A stretch of 46,887 bases of DNA, from the NCBI RefSeq assembly GCF_004010195.1, contig NC_057719.1:6277054-6323940 (forward strand), read 5' to 3'. Numbering within the stretch: position 1 is the first letter of the stretch; each line of letters starts with the position of its first letter. Of this stretch, positions 24,620 through 37,701 are shown piece after piece. A program made the position numbers and the translations under genes. This DNA is from Chiloscyllium plagiosum. Its lineage: Eukaryota. Below the pieces are notes generated by a model. The model was not told where the DNA came from. It saw nothing but the letters and a program-made list of their open reading frames with translations, and did no database searches.

Positions 24620-25400
24620 CAGCAAAGGGCCATTCAGCCCATTACATCTGTGCTGGCTCTCTGACTGAGCAATGCACCTACTCCCATTCCTCACCTTTCC
24701 CTGCAGCCCTGACTTGCTTCATTTTCAGATAATAACCCACTTACTCTCTGGACACCTCAATAGAACCTGTCTCCACCAAACTGTTTATTCGCTGCTCAAA
24801 AGCACTTCTCTTTGTGTCTCGTTGCACCGTTTGCCAATTATCTTGGATATGTTCCATCTTGCTTGGGATATTCCACCACGTTTCTCCCTGTCTGCCCAGA
24901 CCCCTCCTGATTGTGAATACCTCTCCCAAACACCACCTCCAACCTCCTCCGTAACTTCTCCATCTGTTGGCATCACTGACATTCCTCATCCCTGGAATCC
25001 TTCTCTTCTGTAGTCTCAATCCAAGTGCCTTCACTCCTTTCCTACAATGTGGTGCTCGGAACTGGATGCAGTATTGAGGCAGGCCAGTGTTTTATAAAAG
25101 TTTAATTTAACCTTCTTGCTCTTGTATTCTATACCCCTTTTAAGAAAGCCGAGAATACTGACAGCTTTGTCAATTGCTATCTTAACCTGTCTTGTCGTCT
25201 TTAAGACTTGAGACTTATGCATCAGGCTTCTGCGTCCCTCTTTAGAGTTACATTGTGTTTTATATAATCACTACAATTGTTTTGCTCATCAGTAATAATC
25301 ACTTCGCGTTTTTCTGCATTGAACATCATCTGCAACTCTTCCAGCTGTAACCCTGACCTGTCTATGGCCTTTTGAACTTCTTCACTGTCCTCTTGTTGCG
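24620..25400 (-). mobile_element. Old CR1 LINE fragment
   Basis: - strand KAVSILGFLKRGIEYKSK…LNFYKTL, QMMFNAEK. Confidence 0.7.
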
Positions 25401-25990
25401 TCATGTTGCAGCTGTACAGGACATTGGTTAGGCCAGTGTTGGAGTATTGCCTTCAATTCTGGTCTCCTTCCTATCAGAAGGATGTTGTGAAACTTGAAAG
25501 GGTTCAGAAAAGATTTACAAGGATGTTGCCAAGGTTGGAGGGTTTGAGCTATAGGGAGGGGCTGAATAAGCTGGGCTGTTTTCCCTGGAGCGTTGGAGGA
25601 TGAGGGGTGACCTTATAGAGGTTTATAACATCATGAGGGGCATGGATAGGATAAATAGGCAAAGTCTTCCCCCTGGGATCGGGGAGTCCAGAACTAGAGG
25701 GCACAGGTTTAGGGTGAGAGGGGAAAGATATAAAAGGGATCTAAGGGGCAACTTTTTCATGTAGTGGGTGGTATGTGTATGGAATGAGCTGCCAGAGGAT
25801 GTGGTGGAGGCTGGTACAATTGCAACATTTGAGGCATTTGGATGGGCAAATGAATAGGAGGGGTTTGGAGGGATATGGGCCGGGTGCTGGCAGGTGGGAC
25901 TAGATTGGTTTGGGATATCTGGCCAGCATGGACGGGTTGGACCGAAGGGTCTGTTTCCGTGCTGTACATCTCTATGGACTCTATGACTCT
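25401..25990 (+). mobile_element. Young CR1 (HER1-like) LINE 3' end
   Basis: MLQLYRTLVRPVLEYCLQFWSP…LERVQKRFTRMLP; ends in (ctctatga)n-like tail. Confidence 0.88.
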
Positions 25991-26105
25991 TCACAGTTTG
26001 CAAAGCTTGGACTGTTCTCGGGGGAGTGGTATTCCCACAGGGTGGTACAGTCGACCCCCTTCTGTGGAAAGGCTAATCGTTTCTTTCTGAATCCTTTCTC
26101 CTCAG

Positions 26106-26244
26106 GGCAGATCTTGGGATTTTGTACAACACTTTCCCAGAAACTGGGCTCACCAACCGGATCCGAGCGCTGTTTGAGTACGCTGTTCAGACAGAGGCTG
26201 GTGCACACTCTGTTTTACTTTGGAGGATGTACCTGAACTTCACG
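26106..26244 (+). CDS. NRDE2: NRDE2 coding exon (phase 2 to 0)
   Basis: Polypyrimidine tract + ctcag|G; ADLGILYNTFPETGLTNRIRALFEYAVQTEAGAHSVLLWRMYLNFT; donor acg|gtgaga. Confidence 0.93.
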
Positions 26245-26769
26245 GTGAGAACAAACCCCAGCCGTTCGTGTGGGCAGCAACAGAGGTCTCCAGTTCTCCA
26301 GACCCTGTCACTGTTCATTTTCTATCTTTCCCATTGCTGTGTAGAGCCCTCAAACCAGAACCCCAGCAGTTAACAGAGAGTGATTAATGAAATATCCTAT
26401 GGGTGAATCTCTCATTTAAACCTTCATAAAATAACTTGCAGTTGGCTAATGGCCTTTGGTTTTAAGTCATGGAACCATCCTGTTTTGGCCGCTCAGCCCA
26501 TCGTGGCTATACTTACTCTCTGAAAGAGCTCATCCCACAACCCTGTGCATGTAAAGACAGTGTGCAACTCTTTTATAAAGAGCCAAAGTTCTCAAATAAA
26601 GCGAAGATTGCACTGTAGTTGAGGAGTAGGAATGTGTGTTTGGAAAATTCACTCAAAAATGTAATCACGGATAACCATTAGTCCCTGTGGCTCTCTTGAT
26701 TACCTCCTGGAATCTGAGGTGGGTTTTGAGTGGATTAGTAGATGCTATTTGTTATCTCGACAGAGTTAG

Positions 26770-27195
26770 TGGGGTTACTTTGTGGTTCAGAATGCATTTG
26801 GATCAAAGACCTTGAAGATGCAGAGCAGGTTTACTAGAATGATATTAGGGATGAAGGGATTCAGTGAGGGCTGTCTTTGGGACAGAGGGGTTTGAGGGGA
26901 GGTTTAGTTGAGGTTCCAAATTACCTTCAGTTTTGTTAACCAAGGAGAAACTATTCCACTGGCAGGTGGCTCAATAACCAGAGGACCCAGAATTAGACCT
27001 GCTGAGAGGCAGAGCTGAGTCATTAAGCATATTTAAATCTGAGATCCTGATTAAAAAACCTGTCCAAGGGAATCTGGGATTCTAGGAAAAGGCAGGAATG
27101 TGGAGGTGAGGATTATCAGATCAGCTGTGATTTAATTAAATGGCAGAGCAAACTCAGTGGAGCAAATGGCTTTCTTCTGCTCCTCCTTCTTAAGG
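26770..27195 (+). mobile_element. Degenerate CR1 3' fragment
   Basis: tgcagagcaggtttactagaatgata…ataaccagaggac…gatcagctgtgat tail. Confidence 0.65.
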
Positions 27196-27476
27196 TGTAG
27201 GAAACTTAGCAAAGAGCCAGGAAAGATGAGAATGTTTTGCAACAGCAGCACAGAAAGAGGGTTAGAAACAGACTTCTTAGTAACTTCTGGAAGAGAATGG
27301 CAAACTATTTACAAAGGAAACATTTACTGGTCTATGAGACAGAGGGGGGATATATTCTTACAGATATCTGGAATGATTCCCATTGTGTTCCAATCTTCTG
27401 TCACTTTGAATTACAATGCTGAGATGTTCATACTGAAACTGTGTTTCTCATGTTTGTTATCCTTCCCATAAAACAG

Positions 27477-27548
27477 GTGACTCAAGGAAACATTGAGAAG
27501 ACAAAGGGTGTATTTTACAGAGCACTGCAGGCGTGCCCATGGGCAAAG
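27477..27548 (+). CDS. NRDE2: NRDE2 penultimate coding exon (72 bp)
   Basis: aaacag|GTG; VTQGNIEKTKGVFYRALQACPWAK; donor aag|gtaggg. Confidence 0.93.
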
Positions 27549-27679
27549 GTAGGGCAGGAATTGAGGTTCTTAACCATTAACGACAGCGGCTACAGCGTTG
27601 AGCCCTGAATTACTAGCTTATTGATTTTGTATCGCCTGGATACCACTTTAGATATCATGTGTTTTATTTCGGTTATTCA

Positions 27680-30010
27680 TTCATGATTGGCTAGCTGGGG
27701 CAGCATTTATTACCCATTCCCAGTTGTCCTTGTAAAGGTGGTAGGTATGCTGTATTTTTGAACCACTGCAGTCTATTTGGTCAGTACACCCACAGTGCCA
27801 CAAAGGAGGGGTCTGCAGAATTATTACCTGCTGACGCTAAAGGATGGCAAATATATTTCCAAGTCAGGATGGTCTGGTGCTTGGAAGGGAACTTGCAGGT
27901 AGAGGTGTTCCCATGTCATCCTTTTTAGGTGGTAACGGTCACAGGACATGTACTATCGGAGGAGCCTTGCTAATTTATTACAGTACATCTTGTAGATAGT
28001 TTTTATAATCCCAGTTGATGTTATTACTGGACTTTTCAGATGCCAGACTGCAATCTGGCTTGATCGTATTTTTTTTTTGCTTTGGTTTTAACGAAGTCAC
28101 TCACTGAATCATAAGCATGCAGTGTTTCAGATTTGGTTTTAGCAATAAAACTAAAATTTATTAAGCAAAGGCAATGAAGATGAAATAGAATGGACCCAAC
28201 TATTTCCTCAATATGTCTTTTAGGATTTTGAAACATGTGGTAGGGTATAATTCAATGAATTCCAAACCATTCTCTGTACAATACCCAAAAGCACCCTTTG
28301 TACAGTACTCACACCAGAGAAAAATCTTTTTCTACCCCCTCCAGAAGCTTAAATTATTATAAGCCCGTTACTTCTGAAAGCTACTTCCTCAGACTAATTT
28401 TATTTTAAAATCACCATGGCGACAGAAATAGATGCAAGCTAATCATTAACTCTTCAGACCCATAGAAAAGCCCAAAAGCCTGAATTTAAAAATCCAAACT
28501 TAATATAACCGATATTAAAAATATATATAAATCTCTGATCACATGGAACACATTGATGTATTGTGGTGGAGAGAGTGAATGTCAAAGGTTTCAGAAGTAT
28601 GGGGAGACAACATGAACAGGGTACTGGATGTTGGTCCATGGTCATGGCCGACTTCTGCTCCTATTTTCTGTGTTTTTATGGTGCACCAATCCAGACAGTG
28701 TTGGGTTTCTTGAGTGTTGTCGGAGTAGCACCCAACCAGGCAGCAGCATTCCCTCTAATTTTCTTCCCAGTTTTCTGGGTCTCTGAGAGTCATGGGTGCA
28801 GCAATGTCTGAAACCAGAAGGCCGTGTCATGGTTACCAAGCTGATCGCTGTGTGTGGCATCTTGGAGCAGCTATGTATGCGAACAGTCGAGAGGGAACGT
28901 TGCAGGTTAGTGGGAAAGATTCTGTTGCACTCCTGACCTGTGCCTTATTGATGATGGACAGGCTTTGGGGAGTCAGGAAGTGAGTTACTCACGCAGAATT
29001 CCCCAGCTCCTGACCTGCTCTCATCGCCACAGTATTTCTATGGCTAGTCTGGTTCAGTTTCTGATCAATGGTAACCTCCATGATGTCGATAGTGAGGGCT
29101 TTGACAATGGTGATGCCATTGACTGTCAAGGGGTAAGAGTTAGATTCTCTCTTGTTGGAGATGGTCGTTGCCTGGCACCAGTAGGCAATGTTTCATGCCA
29201 CTTGTTAGCCCAAGCCTGAATGCAACGCAGGTCTTACTGCCAATGGGCATGGACCGTGCCAGTATCTGAGGAGTCCCAAGTGCTGCTTAACCTTGTGCAA
29301 TCGTCAGCAAACATCCCCATTTTGGACCGAATGCCAGAAGGGCTGTCCACTTTGGGTCAGATTTGGGCTAAAGCCCCAGACGAAGATTAGAGTTCATCAC
29401 TTAGAGGAACAGGGTAAAACAATTCAGGGCTGTGGACCTGTTCAGTTTGATCAGTGCTTACCACGCCAGCCCCTATGGTGTGATTCCATCTCAATGCCTC
29501 AGACTTGGCCCTGCTGTTGGAGGAGACGCAGTGTAAGAGAGCTGATGAGGGATGGAGTAAACGAAAAACAGGATAGCAAACCTTCGATTTAATCATTTAA
29601 TGTTTATGCACGCATTGAACATTCACAAATCTGTGATTGTAATTTTGAACTATTCTGTGAACATGCTGTTTATGACTGGGTCTAATTCAGGGGCAGATTC
29701 TGTACATTGACTCTTTCGAAATGGCCCAAATTAGCATAAAATAAATCCATAATTTAGATCTTTGGAAAACACATTGAAAAGAACTTAAACAAGAACACAT
29801 GATGCTGGAAAAGTGGAACATCTGTAAGGATTGGTAAAGGTTGAGCAGCCATGTTGGATAGCCTGGGAATGAATGGGCCTTGCCTTGGGCGAGGACATCG
29901 ATGAGCTGAAGGTTTGAAGAGTACAATGGAGTGAATTGGAGAGGCAGTCAGGTGCACCCTCTTCAGACACTGCCAATCATTCTTCTGCCATCCTCCAGTG
30001 TATGGAGAAC
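27680..30010 (-). mobile_element. Scattered fragments of a second CR1/L2-like LINE family (27680-28000, 28830-29320, 29800-30000)
   Basis: Reverse-complement matches to 35340-35910 (cagcatttattacccattccc, cttggaagggaacttgcagg, gagtgagttactcacgcagaattccc). Confidence 0.55.
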
Positions 30011-31352
30011 TGAAGGTAAGGGCGAACATTCCAATCATGAGCCCTCTGAGCCTGAAAGATATGCTGTCTGTTGGCTGTTGTCTTTTAGATCATGTCTCTT
30101 CACCCCGCCCCCCCCCCCCCCCCGGTGTAGGCTTGCGTTTTACAGTTGGAGGCCCTTGAAATAGGCCATGCCTAAACTGTACCCGTTGTCCCATTTACGG
30201 CAGTCTTGTTCCTTATCTGTTCATAGTCTAGGCTCAGGTCAGATGGTTTCTGTTTGGTGAGAGCTGTTTTTGGCACACAGAGTCCCAGCTCTCCAGTATT
30301 CCTTGCAATAAAAAGTACTTCCTGACTTTATCCCTAACCCCAGCAGTGCGCTAAAATACATTGGAAGTGGAGTCATTGCTGTGTTCTGATCTCCCCCCCC
30401 CCCCCCCTCCAGCTGGATAAGTTAGATCCTGGACTAAAATCTGGATTGATAGATCATATTTTGTTGGGTTTTTTTCTATTTAACAGGATAGTCACCGATT
30501 GAAACATGAATGCCTAATGTGCATATTTGGTTTTAACAATAAAACAGAGACTTATTAAGCAAAACAAATAAGGATAAAATAGAATAAACCAAGCTGCCTA
30601 CATATGACATAACTTGAAGGATTTTTGAAACACTTCGTAAAATACAATGTGCCATCTCTCCTGACAGCACCTCTTTACTCGAACACCAGAGATAATTTCC
30701 TTGTCTACCACATCTATAGGTAACAGCTAATACCTTCGTTTCCTTGTCATGACGGCTTAATGGCCTCTTCCTTGAGTATTCATACAACTGAGCTTAAACT
30801 TCCTCAGCTTCAGATAAACTCTTTGGCACAAACAGTATTGAGGAAATAACCATTTTGGTGATGTTAAGGATAAACATTGGCCATAGTATCAGGACACCTC
30901 ACTGCTTTTCTTCAATAATGTCTTTTCTATGCATTTGAGCAGACAGGAGTTTGGGTTAATGCCAGACCTTTTGACAATACAGCACCCCCTCGGTCCTGCA
31001 GTTGGAATGTCAGTTTAGGTATACTTTTTGTTTTGAACTTAAACCCACGAACTCTGTGTCTCAGAGGCGAACGTCCTATGTCCTAGGAGTAGCAGATTTC
31101 TCTCAACTTTCTGGAAAAACAGTTGATTTATTGTTGTCATTCTAAGTATAGTGAAAAGTTTTGTTTTGCGAGCAGTACAATCAGATCATAGCAAACAAGG
31201 ACATACCGATTTTAGGGTGCTTAGACAGAGTGAGGCACACAAGGCTACAGCTACACAGGAGGTGCACAAATGCAAGATCAGCATTAGATTTGAAATTAGA
31301 GAGGTCCAGTCTAATAACAGCAAATACTAAATTCCTTCTCTCTCGTTCCCAG

Positions 31353-31478
31353 GTGCTATACTTAGATGCAGTCAGCCACTTACCTGGACAACTCCAAGAA
31401 ATAATAGACTTAATGACGGAAAAGGAGATTCGGATCAGAGCTCCTCTGGAGGAGTTGGAAATTCTTATGGAAGATTGA
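31353..31478 (+). CDS. NRDE2: NRDE2 terminal coding exon with stop codon
   Basis: ctctcgttcccag|GTG; VLYLDAVSHLPGQLQEIIDLMTEKEIRIRAPLEELEILMED-TGA, matching the conserved NRDE2 C-terminus. Confidence 0.95.
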   Translation: MLYLDAVSHLPGQLQEIIDLMTEKEIRIRAPLEELEILMED

Positions 31479-31888
31479 TTGGGGAGAACAAAGCCGTACA
31501 TTTACTTAACACCTTTCACAGCTCCTGGGTATCCCTACAGCATTGGATCCACCATTGTTGGAAATGAGGCAGAGAGCCAGAGCTCAGTCAAGCTGTGACA
31601 AACAACAATGATCTAAGTGACCAGACTAGGTGTGGTTTAAGGGCCGAATGTTGGCCAGGACAGCTGTTACCTAAAACTGGAAGCAGATTGGCAGGAAGCC
31701 AGGTGCTCCGGGCAGTGAATTTGGTGACTGGTTTGGTGATCCTGGTTGGGTGAGGGAGACCAGTCAGTATATCGAGAATAATTAGCTTTCAAATGATGCC
31801 ATGTAGCCTTTGACATCTGTCCATCCTAAGGATGGGTTATTGGACACTCATTCAGAGGATTTAAAGGAAGTTAAAATATCTATTTTGT

Positions 31889-31894
31889 AATAAA
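31889..31894 (+). terminator. Candidate polyadenylation signal of NRDE2
   Basis: AATAAA about 410 bp after the stop, followed by T/GT-rich sequence (tttgtatcgttttct). An alternative AATAAA lies at 33454-33459. Confidence 0.5.
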
Positions 31895-32019
31895 TGGTTA
31901 AACGTGTAAAGTTACTGCTTATTTGTATCGTTTTCTGAACTAGATAGTCATGATTACTGGGTTTGTTTTGTAAACTTGGTGAGGTGTATGACATTACAGG
32001 TTATTTTTTGAATCTCTGA

Positions 32020-32530
32020 GATGCTCTTCAATCCTCTGGGGCCTCTCCTGTGACTAAAGAGAATATACAACGTCCCAGCAATTTCCTGACCCGCCTCCCT
32101 CAGCATTCTGGGATATGTCCTATCAGGTCCTGGGGACTTGTCTCCCTTAAAGCTTTTCAAAACATCTAACACCTTTTTCATATCCTGTATGCACTAGAAT
32201 ATCGACTCACCATCCACCAAGTCCTTCTCCTTTGTGAGTACTCATGTGTTCATTAAAGATCTCAGCCAATTTCTCTGGCTCTACACATAAATTCCCTTCT
32301 TTGTCCTTAAGTGAATGTCTCCTTTCCCCAGCTATCTTCTTTCTCCTAATGTGTTTACAAAATACCTTGGGATTTTCCTTAATGCTGTTTGCCAAAGACA
32401 TGGCCCCTTTGAGTCCTCCTAGTTCCTTGTTTGAGTTCTTTCTTTCTATCCTGGTATCCTTCAAGATCTTTCTGTCTTCAGTTTCTTAAACCTCACGTAG
32501 GCCTCTTTTGTTTTAAACTAAGCTCTCAAT
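32020..32530 (-). mobile_element. CR1 LINE ORF2 fragment
   Basis: - strand LANSIKENPKVFCKHIRRK…, DKSPGPDRTYPRMLRE. Confidence 0.8.
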
Positions 32531-34071
32531 TTCAATTCCTAGCCAGCTGGTTGGATATTGGATATGAGTCACGTCAGCATTCCTTGGAATTTTTCTTCAT
32601 CCTACATGGACCTAACAGTTCAGCAGCTGAAGAAAAGAAACTGCGGGTCTACAGAGAACGGGGAGGGAGGGAGGATTAGTGGAGCTGCTCTTGCAGAGGG
32701 TCAGCATGGACATGTCCGGCTGAATAGCCTGCTAGGTTGTAATGTGCTGGCCTCCTGTCAGTTTGTAGCATAGTTGTTATTCGGTGAAATACAGTGTAAC
32801 TAGCTGGCAACATGGTAAAAGCATGTGCTTTTCTCTCAGGTGTTTGTTAAACACCATTTGCCCCTTAAATTGTCCAACGTAAACTCCTTGTTTTTAAGGA
32901 TCCAAGCATAACTCAGGCACCCATTTATAGATTATTAGCCCAGAGCATTACCATCACACCACACTGAACTAAAGAAGGAATGGGATAGTAGGAGGGGGAG
33001 GTATCTAAAAACTTAGTGAAGAGATTGGATTTCAGGGGAGGGGGCTCTTTAAGAAGGAGAGGCAGAGAGGTTTAAGGAGACAATTCCAGAAGGTCGGAAT
33101 TAAATGGTTGAAGATCAGTTGTAGAATGGAGAGAATATGTGGAGGCCAAATTTACTGCAAGGTGGAACACGTGGAGGCTGTTCGGGTGCCAAGGGAAGGC
33201 TGAGGCAATGGATGGATTTGAACATTAAAGATGAGATCTCCAAATCAGAGTTCAGTCCATTAAACCCATTTGGCTCAATTTACAGGAGTCTGAAGGGCTG
33301 AATAGATCAGTTTGATGAACTGCTTGGTACCTGTGTAACTGCCCCAGCTGCAGCAATATGTTTGTCACTGATTCTCACAAACTGGTTTCTCAGAATTGAA
33401 TAATCCTGCGTTGAATTTGATATAGCTAATGTAAGTTTTAATTTTAAAATTGGAATAAATGATTGTCAGTATTGACCCTTTTCATCTCATATTGCGAAGA
33501 CACATTGAAGTTTGTCATGTTGATTAAAACTGTTCTGATCTAATGAAAGCATGCAGCTTTTGGATACACTAATGAGTATTCCCATGTATCTCTCGAGAAT
33601 GCTCTGTCTCATTATTGTCTTTAGTGAGTTTCCTTTTGTCATTTCCGAATTCACCAGCAGTCTTTATCTTTGAACTGATACCTTGAACATATTCATTATC
33701 CTGGAGTTCCTTATTTGTACCCTGTGGAGACAACCAGCTATTGATTACTCTCTCTGCTTTTCTTAAACAAGTTACACCCTGCCCTAGATACAGACCTCTT
33801 CTTCCCTTAAGCCTCTTGTTTTGATTGGAACTTATACTGGATGAGCAAAAGGCTTGGCAGGAAGGATTAGGGAGAACCCAAAGGCATTTTACTCATACGT
33901 GAGGAATAAGAAAGTGATCAGGGAGAAGGAGGGCTGATCAGGGATAGCGTAGGGAACTTGCGCATGTAGTCTGAGCTGATGGGGGAAGCCCTAAATGAGT
34001 TTTTTGCAAAGGAAAGGGACCTTGTTGTGAATGAGCACTTTGAGGAGCTGGGAAACAGGCTTGACCAGATT

Positions 34072-34882
34072 AAAATGTGTTGCTGGAAACGCGCAGCAGG
34101 TCAGGCAGCATCCAGGGAACAGGAGAATCGACATTTCGGGCATAAGCCCTTCTTCAGGTGCAGGTACCTTACCGGCACCTTCCCCTGCAACCGCAGGAGG
34201 TGCAAGACTTGCGCCCACACCTCACCTCCCTCCAAGACCCCAAAGGAAACTTCCATATCCGCCACAGATTCACCTGCACCTCCACACACATCATCTATTG
34301 CATCCTCTGCACCCGATGTGGCCTCCTCTATATTGGGGAGACAGGCCGCCTACTTGCGGAGCGTTTCAGAGAACACCTCTGGGACACCCGAACCAACCAA
34401 CCCAATTACCCCGTGGCTCAACACTTCAACTCCCCCTCCCACTCCACCAAGGATATGCAGGTCTTTGGACTCCTCCATCGCCAGACCACAACAACACGAC
34501 GGTTGGAGGAAGAGCGCCTCATCTTCCGCCTAGGAACCCTCCAACCACAAGGGATGAACTCGGATTTCACCAGTTTCCTCATTTCCCCTCCTCCCACCTT
34601 GTCTCAGTCAAATCCATCGAATTCAGCACCACCTTCCTAACCTGCAATCTTCTTCCTGACCTCTCCGCCCCCCACCCCAGTCTGACCTATCACCCTCACC
34701 TTGACCTCTTTCCAACTATCGCATTTCTGACGCCCCTCCCCCAAGTCCCTCCTCCCTACCTTTTATCTTAGCCTGCTGGACAAACTTTCCTCATTCCTGA
34801 AGAAGGGCTCATGCCCGAAACGTCGATTCTCCTGTTCCTTGGATGCTGCCTGACCTGCTGCGCTTTTCCAGCAACACATTTT
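34072..34882 (+). mobile_element. Penelope-like (Neptune-type) element: Zn-finger linker + GIY-YIG endonuclease between ~87-bp inverted repeats
   Basis: GTFPCNRRRCKTCAH then (frameshift) FTCTSTHIIYCILCTRCGLLYIGETGRLLAERFREH…VAQHFN…LEEERLIFRLGTLQPQGMN; inverted repeats 34072-34158 / 34796-34882. Confidence 0.9.
34793..34828 (+). ncRNA. Minimal type I hammerhead ribozyme motif (intact core) in Penelope terminal repeat
   Basis: AUUC CUGAAGA A GGGC-UCAU-GCCC GAAA C GUC^GAUU; stem I has one U-U mismatch; palindromic ACGU helix III. The mirror copy on the - strand at 34126-34158 has GAAAU. Confidence 0.7.
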
Positions 34883-35339
34883 CTGCAAAGAAGGTTTACC
34901 AGAATGCTGTCTGGACTGGAGGGCTTGCCTTATGAAGGAAGGTTGACTAGCTCAGACCTTTCTCTCTGGAGAGGAGGAGGAAGAGAGGAGACCTGATCGA
35001 GGTATACAAGATAGTAAGAGGCATGGATAGAGTCAATAGCCAGAGACATTTCCCCAGGGTAGGATTGACTGGCACGAGGGGTCATAGTTTTAAGGTGTTA
35101 GGAGGAAGGTTCTTTACATAGAGTTGTGAATGCATTGCCATGGGAGATGGTGGAAGCAAGTCATTAGGGACATGTAAACGACTGCTGGACATGAACATGG
35201 ATAGTAGTGAGTTGAGAGGAGCATAGGTTAGGTTATCTTAGTTTAGATTAGGATTGATCCTCAGCACAACATGGTGGGCCAAAGGGCCTGTTCTGTGCTG
35301 TACTTTTCTATGTTGTATATTAATACTGTGCCTAGATGA

Positions 35340-35910
35340 GCAAGTCAGAGGTTAGGAGTACTGCTGCAAATAACTCACCTCTTGTCCCCCTTAAAGCCTG
35401 TCCACCATCTACAAGGCACAAGTCAGGAGTGAAATGGAATACTCCCCACTTCCATGGATGAGTTTGATTTCACCAACACTCCAGATGCTTGACAACATCC
35501 AGGACGAAGCAGCCTGCTTTATTGGCACCACATCCACAAACGTTCACTCCTGTTCCAGACGCTCAGTAGCAGCAATGAGTGCCATCTACAAGATGCATTG
35601 AAGAAATTCACCAAGGCTCCTTACAGCACCTTGCAAACCCAGAACCACTTCCATCTAAAAGGACAAGGACAGCAGATACATGGGAACGCCATCCCCTGCA
35701 AGTTCCCCTCCAAGCCATCCTGAATTGGAAATATATCGCCATTTCTTCACCGTCGCTGGGTCAAAATCCTGGAATTCCCTCCCTCGGGGCATTGTTGGTC
35801 AACCCACAGCGCGTGGACTGCAGCGGTTCAAGAAGGCAGCTCCCCCCCACCTTCTCAAGGGGCAACTAGGGATGGACAATAAATGCTGCCAGTGACACCC
35901 ACATTTCTGT
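35340..35910 (+). mobile_element. CR1/L2-like LINE 3' fragment (YKAQVRS-type)
   Basis: LSTIYKAQVRSEMEYSPL…, FFTVAGSKSWNSLP…LQRFKKAA; tail gggcaactagggatggacaataaatgctg. Confidence 0.75.
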
Positions 35911-36850
35911 GAAAATTGTTTTTTAAAGCTCAAAGCAAGTATTGAAGCCTATCAAGACTCATTAGTCCCTCAAGACCCTGAATTTCCTCGCCCCAAAGGT
36001 GGGTTTTGAGGCAATGAGATGGCATCAGGTTGGCATAGCTCCCTCAAATGGGCATGTTTCCCAGATATAGGCACTGGACAGCAGGAGGTTGGCAGACACA
36101 TAAGCTGATTAGTGTTGATGTGGTCTCCTTGGCACATTACCAGGGTGATGGGACCCCCGTCCCAGCGCACAAAGAGGCTCCAAGCCCCAAAGATGGGGGT
36201 CAGCGTCCTGAAAGCTTCAGCTACGGATTTTCCCTCCACTTCTGACTTCAGGACACGCCTCTGAGGAGATCTCCCTGCTCTCACTCTCTGAGCACGCTCA
36301 GGGACGCTGCTGAGGCTCCAGCTGTCACGATCAGGGTGTGCGGGCCGCCCTGAATCACACAGCCACTGCGAGGATGGGCAGGCCAGAAGGCTGCTGCTGT
36401 GCAAGATAGCAGGAGCTTGTGGTCAGGATCCCAGAGTCCATGGGAAAATCCAGCCAAGGTTCCTTAAATAAGTCTCTCCGCAAATGTCACCATTGCTGTA
36501 TTAAATATGCACTTGTCTTTCTATTAACAATAAAAATTGTCACCTCAGTACCAATGATGATGCCTCAATCTTCCGAAATGCCTGTGTTGCTCCAATCTCA
36601 CTGTCCTGTACAGTCCTGGGGTGGGGAGAAGGGGAAGGGGAAGGGGTTTCCCTTTGTTCTACCCCCAGTAGCCCACACTATCAGCTGTCTGGGCTGTAAA
36701 ATCCAGAATCCCCTTCTCTCTGGTTCTCTAGTCCCCTCTTAACTCTCTCGTTAAAGATAATTTCTTTGACTTTGGTCACTTAAATGCTCCCAAAATTTGC
36801 TGTCACACTCTGACCTCTCTGACCTTAACTTGCTCCAGTTTTAATGGTAA

Positions 36851-37701
36851 ACAGGCAGGAGGCTGGGGGAACACAGCAAGGCAGGCAGCATCGGGAGGGA
36901 CAGGCAGGAGGCTGGAAGAACACAGCAAGGCAGGCAGCATCAGGAGGGACAGGCAGGAGGCTGGGGGAACACAGCAAGGCAGGCAGCATCAGGAGGGACA
37001 GGCAGGAGGCTGGAGTAACACAGCAAGCCAGGCAGCATCAGGAGGGACAGGCAGGAGGCTGGGAGAACACAGCAAGCCAGGCAGCATCAGGAGGGACAGG
37101 CAGGAGGCTGGAGGAACACAGCAAGCCAGGCAGCATCAGGAGGGACAGGCAGGAGGCTGGAGAAACACAGTAAGGCAGGCAGCATCAGGAGGGAGAGGGA
37201 GGAGGCTGGGGGAACACAGTAAGCCAGGCAGCATCAGGAGGGACAGGCAGGAGGCTGGAGGAACACAGCAAGCCAGGCAGCATCAGGAGGGACAGGCAGG
37301 AGGCTGGAGGAACATTGCAAGCCAGGCAGCATCAGGAGGGACAGGCAGCATCAGGAGGGAGAGGCAGGAGGCTGGGGGAACACAGTAAGGCAGGCAGCAT
37401 CAGGAGGGACAGGCAGGAGGCTGGGGGAACACAGTAAGGCAGGCAGCATCAGGAGGGACAGGCAGGAGGCTGGGGGAACACAGTAAGGCAGGCAGCATCA
37501 GGAGGGACAGGCAGGAGGCTGGGGGAACACAGTAAGGCAGGCAGCATCAGGAGGGACAGGCAGGAGGCTGGGGGAACACAGCAAGGCAGGCAGCAGCAGG
37601 AGGGACAGGCAGGAGGCTGGGGGAACACAGCAAGCCAGGCAGCATCAGGAGGGACAGGCAGGAGGCTGGAGGAACACAGCAAGCCAGGCAGCATCAGGAG
37701 G
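36851..37701. repeat. 49-bp minisatellite, ~17 copies (aggcaggaggctgggggaacacagcaaggcaggcagcatcaggagggac)
   Basis: Period 49 (36852 to 36901), high identity, one truncated unit near 37341. Confidence 0.95.

Larger units (their letters stand above)
33845..35320 (+). mobile_element. CR1 LINE remnant split by a Penelope element (33845-34071 and 34883-35320)
   Basis: ENPKAFYSYVRNK…GEALNEFF…LDQI on the left; LQRRFTRMLSGLEGLPYE plus 3' UTR on the right. Confidence 0.82.

Noticed and set aside
35970..36742. ORFs of 65-144 aa in non-repeat sequence
   Set aside because: No recognisable homology or convincing splice-site pairs.
36851..37701. CRISPR-like array or repetitive protein ORFs
   Set aside because: Head-to-tail repeats with no unique spacers, in eukaryotic DNA; the ORFs simply reflect the repeat.
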